This document shows, piece by piece, positions 18,960-29,543 of a stretch of DNA of 47,432 bases (the stretch's first letter is position 1; each line of letters begins with the position of its first letter). The position numbers were made by a program, and so were the translations under genes. The stretch is from an uncultured delta proteobacterium (lineage in GTDB: Bacteria > Desulfobacterota > Syntrophobacteria > Syntrophobacterales > Syntrophobacteraceae), in contig CAWEHK010000005.1 of assembly GCA_963808625.1 (NCBI GenBank), positions 1-47,432 on the forward strand, written 5' to 3'. Below the pieces are notes generated by a model. The model did not search any database, was not told where the DNA came from, and saw nothing but the letters and a program-made list of their open reading frames with translations.

Positions 18960-19760
18960 TTACCATTTCACCACCTGAACGTCGTCAAGGTCCCTCCCGA
19001 GGAACCCCTCACCGATGCTTTGAAAGCGGTACGGCACGTCGGTGACATAGTAGCGGTATTCGGGCGGGCTGCTTTGCGGGTTTCCGAGACCGTAATGGTC
19101 CAGCATCGCGGCAGTTTGGTCCGCCATGGCTTCGGCCGAGTCCACCAGGCACATCTCATCCCCCACGATTTGCTGCAACAATGGCTTCAGCAGAGGATAA
19201 TGCGTGCACCCCAGGACGAGGGTATCGAGATTGTGCGTGAGCAGGGGCTTGAGATACTCCTCGGCGATAAGATACGTTGCCGGGTGTTCCAGCCATCCTT
19301 CCTCCACCAGGGGAACGAACAGCGGGCAGGTCTGCGAGGTGATCCGGATTTCCGGGTCGAATTTATGAATTGCACGGTGGTAAGCGCCACTGTTGATGGT
19401 TGCCGGCGTGCCGATGACCCCCACTCTTTTGGTGCAGGTCACGGCCGCCGCAGCCCTTGCCCCCGCGTCAATGACATCCAGCACCGGGACCGGCGAGAGG
19501 TCGGTGATCGCCCGATGGGCCACTGCGGCCATGGTATTGCAGGCGACAATGAGCATCTTGACCTCGTGCCGCAGCAGAAACTCAGCAATCTGGCGGGCAT
19601 AGAGCGCGATCGTGGCGACTGATTTCACGCCATAGGGCACGCGTGCCGTATCACCGAAATAGATGATATTCTCGAAAGGCAGCCGCGCCATGAGCGCCCG
19701 CACCACGGTAAGGCCCCCAATGCCGGAATCGAATACCCCGATGGGGTCGGTGACTTCCAT
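18960..19760 (-). CDS. murI: Glutamate racemase
   Basis: FDSGIGGLTV, VPYG, ACNT and LGCTHY motifs. Confidence 0.97.
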   Translation of the reverse strand: MEVTDPIGVFDSGIGGLTVVRALMARLPFENIIYFGDTARVPYGVKSVATIALYARQIAEFLLRHEVKMLIVACNTMAAVAHRAITDLSPVPVLDVIDAGARAAAAVTCTKRVGVIGTPATINSGAYHRAIHKFDPEIRITSQTCPLFVPLVEEGWLEHPATYLIAEEYLKPLLTHNLDTLVLGCTHYPLLKPLLQQIVGDEMCLVDSAEAMADQTAAMLDHYGLGNPQSSPPEYRYYVTDVPYRFQSIGEGFLGRDLDDVQVVKW

Positions 19761-19834
19761 GTGCATTGCTTCTGCCGATTAGCGCTATTGTTCAGCCAGG
19801 CGAAGCCAGGCTGGTTTTTCCGAAGCAAAACCCC

Positions 19835-19931
19835 TCAACCTGTCATTCCCGCAGGGCTTTTGAGCGGGAATCCAGCTTTCAAAGGCTCAAAACCTGGATT
19901 CCCGACAAAAGCTTTCGGGAATGACGGTTGA
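19835..19931. repeat. GTCATTCCCG...CGGGAATGAC REP doublet
   Basis: TCAACCTGTCATTCCCGC...GCGGGAATCCAG...CTGGATTCCCG...CGGGAATGACGGTTGA. Confidence 0.8.
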
Positions 19932-20062
19932 TTGCATCCATGGCTGAAGCTCGACACCTAATCGGGTTGCTTCTTGATGGCTGCCTTCATCCGGTTCGCA
20001 AGACTGTTCCGTATCCGCCCGATGCGCAAGAAGTCCCTCCAGGATGCACTTCGACCCTCTGA

Positions 20063-20198
20063 GAAACAGTCCAAAAACAACAGGCAATCAGTTCAGCCCT
20101 TTTTCGAACCACGAAGAACACGAAGAGCACGAAGAAATCACTTCGTGCACTTCGTGTTCTTCGTGGTGAAAGAAGGCCTGCACTTTTTGGACGCCCCC
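20063..20198. mobile_element. 136-bp MITE-like element, copy 2
   Basis: Same length, TIRs and CACGAAG hairpin as 9118-9253; flanks not perfectly duplicated. Confidence 0.7.
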
Positions 20199-20319
20199 TT
20201 CGGGAAGCGCCGAGCAAATGCATTCCGATCTCCAACCGAGCACCAACCAACTTCCTGCTCAGCCTCATTTACTAGCACAAAAGGGGGTATCACCCAATTC
20301 ATTTCTTCCCTCACCGTAA

Positions 20320-20368
20320 GCCCATCAACTATCAACCATCAACTATCACATCAATATCAACCATCAAC
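20320..20368. repeat. CATCAAC/TATCAAC 7-bp tandem repeat
   Basis: CCATCAACTATCAACCATCAACTATCACATCAATATCAACCATCAAC, overlapping the rsmI stop. Confidence 0.75.
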
Positions 20369-21233
20369 TCTTTCCCCGCATCGCAAGCGCCTTCTGGTAG
20401 ACAAGCCGCCGCGGCAGGCGATGCCGCCGGACGATTTCCTCCGTGGCCTGCTTGACCGTCTGGTCGGGATTGTCGAGGAGGGAAGCCAACTGCTCCTGCC
20501 AGCCTTCCTGCTCTGCCGGGGCGGCCTGCTCCTGCCGGAACCCCTCCACCACCAGGGTCAGTTCACCTCTGACGCCCTCGGTGCAACGTTTGATTGCCTC
20601 GGTTATCGTGCCGCGAAAAAATTCCTCAAACTTCTTCGTCAATTCCCGCGCCATGGCAATGCGGCGATTTCCCCAGGACTGGAGCATATCTTCGAGAGTC
20701 CGCGTCAATCGCTGCGGCGATTCGTAGAGAATAAGCGTCATGGGAACGTTGGCATGAGCGGCAAAGAAGTGTTTTCTGCCGGCTCCCCTGGCTGGCGGAA
20801 AACCCAGAAACGCAAAGGGATGCGTTGACAGTCCCGAGGCAACCAATGCGGATATGAGAGCCGTGGGACCAGGAATTACGGCCACAGGGAGGTTGCGTTC
20901 CAGGGCCTGTTGAACGAGCAGCGCCCCGGGGTCGGAAATGCCGGGAGTCCCGGCATCGGTAACGAGTGCGACCGATGCTCCTGCCGCAATCTTCGCGAGC
21001 AACTCCGGCCCGCGCTCCCGAACGTTATGGCTGTGGTAGCTGATCAGCGGTTTGTGGACGTCGTAGAAGCTGAGCAGTTTTCTGGTGTGGCGGGTATCTT
21101 CGGCGGCAATGAGGGTTACGGAACGTAAGACCTCGAGGGCCCTCAGGGTGATATCGCCCAGATTCCCTATGGGGGTGGCCACGATAAAGAGGGTGCCGGA
21201 CGACGCTGCGGCATCCATTTCACTCTCAGCCAT
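20364..21233 (-). CDS. rsmI: 16S rRNA (cytidine1402-2'-O)-methyltransferase
   Basis: VATPIGNLGD, AEDTR, DAGTPGISDPG, YESPQR and RELTK motifs; start uncertain. Confidence 0.95.
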   Translation of the reverse strand: MAESEMDAAASSGTLFIVATPIGNLGDITLRALEVLRSVTLIAAEDTRHTRKLLSFYDVHKPLISYHSHNVRERGPELLAKIAAGASVALVTDAGTPGISDPGALLVQQALERNLPVAVIPGPTALISALVASGLSTHPFAFLGFPPARGAGRKHFFAAHANVPMTLILYESPQRLTRTLEDMLQSWGNRRIAMARELTKKFEEFFRGTITEAIKRCTEGVRGELTLVVEGFRQEQAAPAEQEGWQEQLASLLDNPDQTVKQATEEIVRRHRLPRRLVYQKALAMRGKS

Positions 21234-21447
21234 CGAAGGAGTTCCGCAGCGGAGGGCAGGTTTTCCAACCCGTCCGGAGGAAGAACCGGTCTCAGTCACA
21301 GGCATCAAACACGTTCCCTAACGGAGGGCGGGTTTTCCAACCCGTCCGGAAGAAGGACCGGTTTCAGTCTCAGCCATCAAACACGTTCCCTAACGGAGGG
21401 CGGGTTTTCCAACCCGCCTGGAGGAAGCATCGAACTCAGTCACAGGC
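21219..21447. repeat. 72-bp tandem repeat, about 3.2 copies, with a REP-like GGCGGGTTTTCCAACCCG(T/C)C core
   Basis: GGAGGGC at 21251, 21323 and 21395; (C/T)TCAGTC(A/T)CAG(G/C)C at 21219, 21291, 21363 and 21435. Confidence 0.85.
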
Positions 21448-21801
21448 GTCGAAGGCATTCGGTATCCAGGTCACCTCGGGCTTGGCGTCCTCCCAGCTTA
21501 TGGCAACCACATCGAAACGGGCGGGCTGGTTTTCCAGGCGATGCTGTTTCAAATACCACCGTGCCAGGAGCGTCAGGCGTCTCTGCTTGGTGCGCGAAAC
21601 CAGTTCCTGGGGCGCGCCAAAGCCCTTGGCAAAACGCGACTTCACCTCAACGAAGACCAGGGTCCTGCCATCCCGGCCGATGAGGTCGATTTCTCCGAGA
21701 GGGCAGCGGACGTTCTGAGCCACCATTTGCAGCCCATGCTGTTGCAGGAATTCAAGCGCAATATCCTCGCCCAGCTTGCCCTTCTGCTTGCGATTGAGCA
21801 T
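21436..21801 (-). CDS. yraN: YraN family protein
   Basis: GKLGED, GEIDLI, VFVEVKSR, RFDVVAI and NAF motifs. Confidence 0.92.
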   Translation of the reverse strand: MLNRKQKGKLGEDIALEFLQQHGLQMVAQNVRCPLGEIDLIGRDGRTLVFVEVKSRFAKGFGAPQELVSRTKQRRLTLLARWYLKQHRLENQPARFDVVAISWEDAKPEVTWIPNAFDACD

Positions 21802-22430
21802 CAGCCTTCCTTTACCCCCCGAAAGCTTATCCGATGCACGGGACACGGGCCGTGGCGGCGCAGGGCTGCCAGGTGTTGGGCGGTGCCGTAGCCCTTGTTC
21901 TGCGCAAAACCATACGCGGGATAAAGCTCATGATATGCACACATCAGGCGATCGCGATGCACTTTTGCCACAATCGAGGCCGCCGCAATGGAAAGACTGC
22001 GCTGGTCCCCTTTCGGAATGCCTTTTTGGGGAATGGGCAGGGGGAGTTGGTATGGACCGTCGATCAAAAGAAAGTCGGGAGGAGTTGGGAGATTTTCGAT
22101 GGCCTGGATCATGGCTTTGAAGGTGGCTTGCAGGATGTTGACCCGGTCGATCTCAGCCGGTTCGACACAGCCGATCCCCACCGCCGGCATACAGCGAAGT
22201 ATTTCCCGGCAGCAGGACTCCCTTTGGGGGGCGGAGAGGAGCTTGGAATCCCTGACGGATGGCAGTTCTACATGGCGAGGCAAAATGACCGCAGCAGCCA
22301 CAACCGGCCCGGCCAGCGGGCCGCGACCCACTTCATCGATCCCCGAAACCAGTTGACAACCTCGGCGGTGGGCCTCTTTTTCGAAATGCAGGAGGTCCAC
22401 CGGCGAGGCAACCATTGACTGCTGGTGCAC
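21801..22430 (-). CDS. rnhB: Ribonuclease HII
   Basis: GIDEVGRGPLAGPV, DSK, IAAASIVAK, KGYGT and HRISF motifs. Confidence 0.96.
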   Translation of the reverse strand: MHQQSMVASPVDLLHFEKEAHRRGCQLVSGIDEVGRGPLAGPVVAAAVILPRHVELPSVRDSKLLSAPQRESCCREILRCMPAVGIGCVEPAEIDRVNILQATFKAMIQAIENLPTPPDFLLIDGPYQLPLPIPQKGIPKGDQRSLSIAAASIVAKVHRDRLMCAYHELYPAYGFAQNKGYGTAQHLAALRRHGPCPVHRISFRGVKEG

Positions 22431-22777
22431 TAGCGCTTCTCTTTAATCCGGGCAGCCTTGCCAAGGCGTTGGCGCAGATAGTAGAGCCTCGAACGACGCA
22501 CACGCCCACGGCGCAACACTTCGACTTTATCGATCTGCGGCGAATGCAGCGGAAAAATCCGCTCCACTCCCACCCCGTAGGACACCTTGCGCACGGTGAA
22601 GGTAGCCGAGAGCAATCCCTTATGGTAGCGAATCACTACCCCTTCAAATACCTGGACGCGTTCCTTCTCTCCTTCGCGAATCTTGACGTGCACCTTAACC
22701 GTGTCTCCACTGCGAAAGGCAGGAATGTCCATCCGCATGAACTCCCGCTGGACCATTTCTGCAACAGTCATCCCCAT
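22430..22777 (-). CDS. rplS: 50S ribosomal protein L19
   Basis: [24 protein letters not shown] and [10 protein letters not shown] motifs. Confidence 0.98.
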   Translation of the reverse strand: MGMTVAEMVQREFMRMDIPAFRSGDTVKVHVKIREGEKERVQVFEGVVIRYHKGLLSATFTVRKVSYGVGVERIFPLHSPQIDKVEVLRRGRVRRSRLYYLRQRLGKAARIKEKR

Positions 22778-22836
22778 TTCTCATCCTCCATTCCCAGCCA
22801 TGAGAGTCACCGCTCATGGCTTCTGCTCAAATTTAG

Positions 22837-23400
22837 CTATCCTTCCCTATGAAGAAGGCGATCGATCAAAATAGCTGCCGCACATCGCACGGATAAGTGG
22901 TTGTAGCCATCTCTGCCCCGGATCGCCTCGAGTACGCCGTCGGCTTCTCGTATGACCTCGGGCGCCAGCCCCCAGCCCGTGCCGAAGAGCAGGAGGTGCG
23001 GCTGCCGGGTGTCCACCAGTCGTTGCCGGGCCTCCTGATGGGGCAGGGCCCCGGACTGCTCCTTCGCCGTGGTGGCCCAAATCACGGGTGCTTCCCCCCA
23101 TTCCGCAAGAATATCGGCCTTGACGGCGGCAAGGTCATCGGCAATCTTGAGTCTCTTGAGAGCTTCCTCGCGGTCCGGGTGCAGTTCCTTGCCAATGCCT
23201 TTACACCAATGGTCAAGCAGGCGTTGGATCAGGGCCTGCTGGTCCTGCAAGGGCGTTACGATATAGCATGCCGGGATCGCATAAGTACGGGCCGTGCGTG
23301 CCAGGTCATGAAGATCCAGGTTGGTGAAGGCCGCAGCAATGGTCTCACCCTTGCGATTCACAACGGGATAATGGACCAGCGCCAGATAGAGCGGAACCAT
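22837..23400 (-). CDS. SPOUT-class RNA methyltransferase (TrmD-associated, DUF2168-like)
   Basis: LYLALVHYPV, TNLDLHDLAR, FGTGWGL and YNHLSVR motifs. Confidence 0.88.
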   Translation of the reverse strand: MVPLYLALVHYPVVNRKGETIAAAFTNLDLHDLARTARTYAIPACYIVTPLQDQQALIQRLLDHWCKGIGKELHPDREEALKRLKIADDLAAVKADILAEWGEAPVIWATTAKEQSGALPHQEARQRLVDTRQPHLLLFGTGWGLAPEVIREADGVLEAIRGRDGYNHLSVRCAAAILIDRLLHREG

Positions 23401-23408
23401 GTTCGTCG

Positions 23409-24185
23409 TCAACCGTCGCGGCCACCCCCCGACGCCGTTGGTCCTGACCGTTGTAAGCCTTCTCCCTCTGCCTGGTGAAGCAGTTTCAGGTCCTGGGGGC
23501 TCAGTTCGAGACGGGCAAAAAGATCGGGACGACGCAGCTTGGTCCGCAACAGGGCCTGGCCTCGGCGCCACCGTCGAATCGCCTCATGGTCCCCCGACAG
23601 CAGCATCTCCGGTACCGGGTGACCACGGAATTCCCGGGGGCGCGTGTACTGGGGAAACTCCAGCACCGGTTCGGAAAAAGACTCGACTCGGGCCGAAGCA
23701 TCGTTGCCCAGGACCCCGGGCAGCAGCCGGGTAACGGCATCCAGCACCACCATGGCGGCCAGTTCACCCCCGGTCAAAACGTAATCGCCCAGCGAAATCT
23801 GTTCATCGGTGAAGAACTCGGCAACCCGCTCGTCCACCCCTTCATACCGTCCGCAAATCAAGGCCAGACGCGGCAAAGCGCTCCATCTCCAGGCGCACTC
23901 CTGCTGGAAAATGCGCCCCTGGGGGCTGAGCAACACGACCCGGGGTTGCGGTTCTTCCCCCCTGAGCGCGTCCAGAAGACTCACGATCGGTTCGGGCTTC
24001 ATGACCATGCCTTCGCCGCCGCCAAAGGGACGGTCGTCCGTGATCTGATGCTTATCGACGGCATAGTCTCGAATATTGTGCACCCGAACGCGAATCAGCC
24101 CCCGCTCCTGAGCTTTACCCAGGATGCTTTCGCTCAGCGGAGAGTCGAACATGCCGGGAAACAGGGTCAAGATGTCAAAGATCAT
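23409..24185 (-). CDS. trmD: tRNA (guanine37-N1)-methyltransferase
   Basis: [31 protein letters not shown] and PQYTRP motifs. Confidence 0.97.
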   Translation of the reverse strand: MIFDILTLFPGMFDSPLSESILGKAQERGLIRVRVHNIRDYAVDKHQITDDRPFGGGEGMVMKPEPIVSLLDALRGEEPQPRVVLLSPQGRIFQQECAWRWSALPRLALICGRYEGVDERVAEFFTDEQISLGDYVLTGGELAAMVVLDAVTRLLPGVLGNDASARVESFSEPVLEFPQYTRPREFRGHPVPEMLLSGDHEAIRRWRRGQALLRTKLRRPDLFARLELSPQDLKLLHQAEGEGLQRSGPTASGGGRDG

Positions 24186-24699
24186 CAAACAAACCTTCCG
24201 GCGGTTCGATGATCATCCTGCCCTCCTCGAGGTCAACCTCGAGGACGACGTCAGCGATCGCCGGAATCAATATTTCTTTCGTACCGTGGTCGACGACATA
24301 AACGTCATTGCTGCCGGTCTCGATGATGCTGCGCAGAACCCCGATTTCCTTCCCTGCCGCAGTCTCGACGCGAAGGCCGACGAGTTGATAGTGGTAATAT
24401 TCTCCTTCCGCAGTAGGAGGCAGGGACGCTTCAGGAACAAAAAGCTCCCGCTCGACCACCCTCTGAGCGGTGTCGATGTCCGGCAGCTCGGCAAATTGGG
24501 CAACACAGTGCTTTCCCTGAAAGCGCAGACTCACCAGGGTCAGCTCGAGCTCTTCCTGATCCGAAGCAGAGTAGAGATGAAACTTTGCCCCCGGTGTTTG
24601 CAGGCCCAGGGTTTCTCCATAAGGAAAAATCTTGAGGGCGCCTCGGAGCCCGTGGGTCCTCACGATCTTACCCACAGGGACCAGGCGGGATCCGTTCAT
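24175..24699 (-). CDS. rimM: Ribosome maturation factor RimM
   Basis: [27 protein letters not shown] and LIP motifs. Confidence 0.95.
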   Translation of the reverse strand: MNGSRLVPVGKIVRTHGLRGALKIFPYGETLGLQTPGAKFHLYSASDQEELELTLVSLRFQGKHCVAQFAELPDIDTAQRVVERELFVPEASLPPTAEGEYYHYQLVGLRVETAAGKEIGVLRSIIETGSNDVYVVDHGTKEILIPAIADVVLEVDLEEGRMIIEPPEGLFDDL

Positions 24700-24703
24700 C
24701 CAC

Positions 24704-24937
24704 TTACTCTATGATTTCCAGAACAGCCCGTTTCCGGATCTTCGTTGAAGCGGCGCTCAAAATCGTTCGCATTGCACGGGCGGTACGCCCCTGCTTACCG
24801 ATAACCTTGCCCAAATCCTCTTTGGCGACTCTCAGCTCGATGACCGACGTCTGTTCACCTTCTATTTCCGAGACTTTCACCTTCTCAGGATTATCCACCA
24901 AAGCCCGTGCCATAAACTCGATCAGTTCTTTCAACAT
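24704..24937 (-). CDS. khpA: KH-domain RNA-binding protein KhpA
   Basis: [13 protein letters not shown] motif; lies between rpsP and rimM. Confidence 0.9.
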   Translation of the reverse strand: MLKELIEFMARALVDNPEKVKVSEIEGEQTSVIELRVAKEDLGKVIGKQGRTARAMRTILSAASTKIRKRAVLEIIE

Positions 24938-24977
24938 TGTGACCTCCGGATCTTCTGCGCCGCAAATGCCTCTCTAC

Positions 24978-25238
24978 CTAGGAGGACTGAGCAACATCAC
25001 GAACGGCGTGCTTGCGAATCAAGCTGCGCACTGTATCTGTGGGTTTCGCACCCTCCTGGAGCCAATACTGAAGTCTCGCTGGGTTGATCTTGAAGTGGGC
25101 TGGTTCCGGTAATGGATTATACGTTCCTAGTCTTTCAATGAAGCGACCATCCCGAGGGGCTTCCGAAGAAGCTACGACAACATGATAGAAGGGCTTCTTC
25201 TTCCTTCCGCCACGGGCCAAACGAATGCGCACGGACAT
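24978..25238 (-). CDS. rpsP: 30S ribosomal protein S16
   Basis: [15 protein letters not shown] and GAKPTDTV motifs. Confidence 0.98.
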   Translation of the reverse strand: MSVRIRLARGGRKKKPFYHVVVASSEAPRDGRFIERLGTYNPLPEPAHFKINPARLQYWLQEGAKPTDTVRSLIRKHAVRDVAQSS

Positions 25239-25385
25239 AAGCTGGGTTCTACCTCCTCGTCAAAAAACTCCACTCGTCTTCCGGGAGTCACGGTTGTAAA
25301 AGATGGCCTCCAAGATCCGCCATTTCCTTGCGGGGAATGCGGGAGCCATGGTGTAAAAAGCTCTATATACTCTATTGCTTAGAAA

Positions 25386-26742
25386 TTAAAAAGGAAAAAA
25401 TGCTCGCTTCCGGCGGCTCTTCCCCTTCTTCTTTTTGCCCGGCGCTCCCCCGCCAACGACCTGGCGCATCATCCGGCGCGCCTCATCGTAGCTCTTCAGC
25501 AGGCGATTCACGTCCTGAACCGCGGTGCCGCTGCCGTCGGCGATCCGCCGCCTCCGGCTGGCGTTGATGATCGTAACGTTGCGGCGCTCCTCCCTGGTCA
25601 TGGAGTTGATGATCGCTTCCATGCGGACAAATTCTTTCTCGTCCACCTGCATTTTCTTCAGTTCTTTGAGCATCCCCATGCCCGGAAGCATGCTCAGGAT
25701 CTGTTCGAGGGACCCCAGCTTCTTGATCTGGCGCAGTTGGTTCCGAAAATCCTCGAGGCTGAAGGAATCCTCCCGAAACTTCCTGGCCATTTCCTGGGCC
25801 TGGTCCTCATCAAAGGCTTCCTGGGCCTTTTCGATGAGGGAGAGGACATCGCCCATGCCCAAGATGCGCGAACTCATCCGGTCCGGGTGGAAGACCTCGA
25901 GGGCGTCCAGCTTTTCGCCGACCCCGATCAGTTTGATGGGGCAGTTCGTTACCGCCCGGATGGAAAGAGCGGCGCCGCCTCGCGCATCACCATCGAGCTT
26001 CGTCAGCACAACGCCGGTAATGCCAAGGGTGTCATGAAAGGTCGTGGCGATTTTTACCGCATCCTGGCCGGTCATGGAATCGGCGACCAGCAGGATCTCC
26101 ACCGGCTGCAGAATGTCCTTCAGGCGGGTCAGCTCACTCATGAGCTCGGAATCGATGTGAAGGCGCCCGGCCGTGTCCACCAGCAAGGTGTCACAGTTGT
26201 GGTCCCGGGCGAACGGCACGGCCTCCCTGGCAATTTCCTCGGGGCGCTGGCTGGGTCGTGGCGGGATAAACCGGCAGGTTCAGTTGCTTGCCGAGAGTCA
26301 TCAGTTGGTCGATGGCGGCCGGACGATAAACATCTGCCGGGACCAGGCAGGGTTTGCGTTTCTCCTCGAAGAGCTTGCGCGCAAGCTTGGCTGCGGAGGT
26401 GGTTTTACCGGACCCCTGCAGCCCCACCAGCATGATCGAGACCGGGATGCGTCCCAGGAGCTTCAAGGGTTCGGCGCTCCCGCCCATGAGCTCGGTGAGC
26501 GCTTCATTGACAATCTTGATCACCTGCTGGCCGGGGGTAAGGCTGCCCATGACCTCCTGGCCCACCACGCGCGCGGCAATCCCGGTGACAAAATCTTTGG
26601 CGACCTTGTAATGGACATCGGCTTCCAGCAGCGCCATGCGGACTTCACGGAGGGCTTCCCGAACGTTTTCTTCGGTCAGTTTACCCTGCCCGCGAAGGTT
26701 CTTGAAAATCTTTTGGAATCGATCGGATAAGCTATCAAACAT
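25386..26742 (-). CDS. ffh: Signal recognition particle protein Ffh, frameshifted near 26240
   Basis: [31 protein letters not shown] and Met-rich M domain. Confidence 0.96.
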
Positions 26743-26965
26743 AAGGCCCACCGCCTTCAGTAAGTCTGTAAACGGTTTTAATCCAAGTCAAAATCAAAAA
26801 ATGTCGTCTGGTTTATACATCACCGGTTACCGCAAAGAAAGGAAATTTGGGGCAAGGGGCAAGGACCAGAGATTCGTCTTGGCTTGATGGATACGGGGAA
26901 GTGCTGGCAGGGAGGGTCCCCTGCCAGCGAAGCGGTGAAAGAAACTCTTCAACAAACAAAATCAT

Positions 26966-27010
26966 AGGCCCGGTCAGGGGCGCTGAGGCCAGCGCCCCTG
27001 CCGGGTGTGC
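26966..27010. terminator. GC-rich hairpin after hppA
   Basis: CCCGG-CAGGGGCGCTG...CAGCGCCCCTG-CCGGG just past the stop codon. Confidence 0.5.
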
Positions 27011-27028
27011 CATCGCAGCTGCTTGCAG

Positions 27029-29074
27029 CTACTTAATGAGCGGAATAATCAGCAGCGCCACGATGTTAACGACCTTGATCATGGGGTTGATGGCGGGACC
27101 GGCGGTATCCTTGTAGGGGTCGCCTACGGTGTCGCCGGTGACTGCGGCTTTGTGAGCATCCGAGCCCTTGCCGCCATACATCCCGTCTTCGATGAACTTT
27201 TTGGCGTTATCCCAGGCGCCGCCGCCACTGGTCATGGCAATGGCCAGGAAGAGGCCCGTGACGATACTGCCGATGAGCACGCCGCCCAAGGCTTCCTTGC
27301 CGAGCAAGAGGCCGACGAGCACGGGCGCCGCCACCGGAATCAGAGCGGGCACCATCATTTGCTTGATGGCGCTCTTGGTGACGATATCGACGCACTTGCC
27401 GTATTCCGGCCGGGTCGTCCCTTCCATGATTCCGGGGAGTTCCCGGAACTGACGACGAACTTCCTCAACGACGCCGCCAGCAGCCTTGCCCACTGCTTCC
27501 ATCAGGAGCGACCCGAAGAAATAGGGCAAAAGACCGCCGATGAAAAGGCCCACCAGGACTTTGGGATTGGAAAGATCAAACGCCAACCCCGCTTCAAATG
27601 ATCGAGAATACTCTGCAAAGAGCACCAGGGCTGCAAGCGCGGCCGAACCGATGGCATAGCCCTTGGTGACGGCTTTGGTGGTGTTGCCCACGGCATCCAG
27701 AGGATCGGTCACGGCGCGAACACTTTCGGGCAGTTCCGCCATCTCGGCAATACCGCCCGCGTTGTCGGTGATCGGACCGTAGGAGTCGATGGCCACAACG
27801 ATACCGGTCATGGAGAGCATCGCTACTGCCGAGAGAGCGATCGCAAACAAGCCCCCGCCGGGATTGCCGGCGAACCCGCCACCAAGCGAATAGGCCCACA
27901 TGATCGCAGCGCAGATGACGAGCGCCGGGGCGCCGGTGGACCTCATGCTCACCGCAAGACCGGCGATGACATTGGTGCCATGCCCGGTCTGACTGGCCGC
28001 GGCAATACTCTTAACCGGATTGAAGCTCTTGGAGGTGAAGTACTCGGTAATCATCACGATCAGGCCGGTCAGAAGCAGCCCGATAACGGCGATGGTGAAA
28101 ACACCCATCGGGGTGAAGATCTGTTCGACGCCGGGGCGGGCGAGGAACATGTCGGAAGCGACGTAAAAGGCGCCGGCCGCGAGGATGCCGGAAACCGCAA
28201 GGCCTTTGTAGAGAGCGCCCATGATATACTGGCTCTTGCCGAGACGCACAAAGAAGGTCCCGATAATGGATGCCACAATCGAAATCCCACCGATGAGCAG
28301 CGGGAATTCCACCCACCTGCTGTCCGGACCGTACACGGTCTTTGCGAGCAGCATTGCGGCAACCAGGGTAACCGTATAGGTTTCATAAAGGTCTGCGGCC
28401 ATACCCGCACAGTCGCCGACATTGTCCCCGACGTTATCGGCGATGACGGCTGCATTGCGGGGGTCATCCTCAGGGATGCCCGCTTCAACTTTGCCGACCA
28501 GGTCGGCGCCCACGTCCGCAGCTTTGGTGTAGATACCGCCGGCAATACGAGCGAAGACGCTCATGAGGGAGCAGCCGAATCCCAATCCGACCAGAGCGTG
28601 AAAAGCATCGTCAACCGGCGCTATGGACCTGACGATATGATAGTATCCGGTGAGGGCAAGCAAGCCGAGCCCGACCACCATGATGCCGGTAACCGATCCA
28701 CCCTTGAAGGCTACGTTCAATGCCGGCTGGATCCCGTCCTTGGCCGCTTCGGTGGTGCGGACATTGGCCTTAACGCTGACCATCATCCCAATGTACCCGG
28801 CAACGGCTGAACCTACCGTACCAATGACGAAGCCCACTGCCGTCCACTTGCCAAGATAGGTGAGCAAAACGGCCAGGACGATCATAACGATCCCCACCGT
28901 CTTGTATTCACGATTCAGGAAGGCCGCTGCTCCCTCCGCGACGGCGCCGGAGATCTCCTGCATTCTTTCTGATCCTGCAGGTTGCTTGGTTACCCATGCT
29001 GCGGTCAGCAGTGCATAGAGCACACCCAGACCGCCACACCCAAGGGCGAAAAGAATGATCTTGCTTATTCCCAT
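27029..29074 (-). CDS. hppA: Membrane-integral pyrophosphatase, probably K+-independent H+-translocating
   Basis: [26 protein letters not shown] and [10 protein letters not shown] motifs. Confidence 0.95.
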   Translation of the reverse strand: MGISKIILFALGCGGLGVLYALLTAAWVTKQPAGSERMQEISGAVAEGAAAFLNREYKTVGIVMIVLAVLLTYLGKWTAVGFVIGTVGSAVAGYIGMMVSVKANVRTTEAAKDGIQPALNVAFKGGSVTGIMVVGLGLLALTGYYHIVRSIAPVDDAFHALVGLGFGCSLMSVFARIAGGIYTKAADVGADLVGKVEAGIPEDDPRNAAVIADNVGDNVGDCAGMAADLYETYTVTLVAAMLLAKTVYGPDSRWVEFPLLIGGISIVASIIGTFFVRLGKSQYIMGALYKGLAVSGILAAGAFYVASDMFLARPGVEQIFTPMGVFTIAVIGLLLTGLIVMITEYFTSKSFNPVKSIAAASQTGHGTNVIAGLAVSMRSTGAPALVICAAIMWAYSLGGGFAGNPGGGLFAIALSAVAMLSMTGIVVAIDSYGPITDNAGGIAEMAELPESVRAVTDPLDAVGNTTKAVTKGYAIGSAALAALVLFAEYSRSFEAGLAFDLSNPKVLVGLFIGGLLPYFFGSLLMEAVGKAAGGVVEEVRRQFRELPGIMEGTTRPEYGKCVDIVTKSAIKQMMVPALIPVAAPVLVGLLLGKEALGGVLIGSIVTGLFLAIAMTSGGGAWDNAKKFIEDGMYGGKGSDAHKAAVTGDTVGDPYKDTAGPAINPMIKVVNIVALLIIPLIK

Positions 29075-29543
29075 TTAGTCCTCCTTGTTGAACACTTCTT
29101 CATGTTTTAAGAAAATTGTGATCATACGACCAGTGTCCCTCGCTGCCTTGAAAATCTTCAGATCGTTGTCTTTCACCTCCCTTTCGATTGTTGAATTTGG
29201 TTAGTAAAACCGGTCCTTTTTGAAGAAAATACCAGAGGGACGCCTGACCTCCTCTCCCTTCCGGCAGACTCGGCAAGCGAACTCAACAAAAAAACGATTC
29301 CCTTTTATCATCCGGAGGCGCAGTTGAGGAAGATGGAGCGGAGAAATATGAATCGGAAGCAGAACCGTTTTGGCCCTAAAGCCAGCCTTTACTCAAGCAC
29401 CTTCCCCGTATGCGCTGAACGTGCACGAGACAACTACCATGCAAGGGCAGCTTGGGGGATGGCCTTTTCACACGCGCGCCAAGCTACTTTAGCCTCTCTC
29501 CTTTGTCAAGCGGAAAAGGTTCACAAATCGTCATTTCTTTTTG

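Noticed and set aside
21219..21447. CRISPR array
   Set aside because: The sequences between cores are themselves repeated, there are only three units, and no cas genes are present
25386..26742. Programmed frameshifting or pseudogenisation of ffh and other core genes
   Set aside because: Too many essential genes are affected; sequencing error is the simpler explanation
26760..27010. SRP RNA next to ffh
   Set aside because: Hairpins are present, but I found no conserved SRP domain IV motif
29080..29540. Riboswitch or small gene upstream of hppA
   Set aside because: No recognisable RNA motif or convincing ORF
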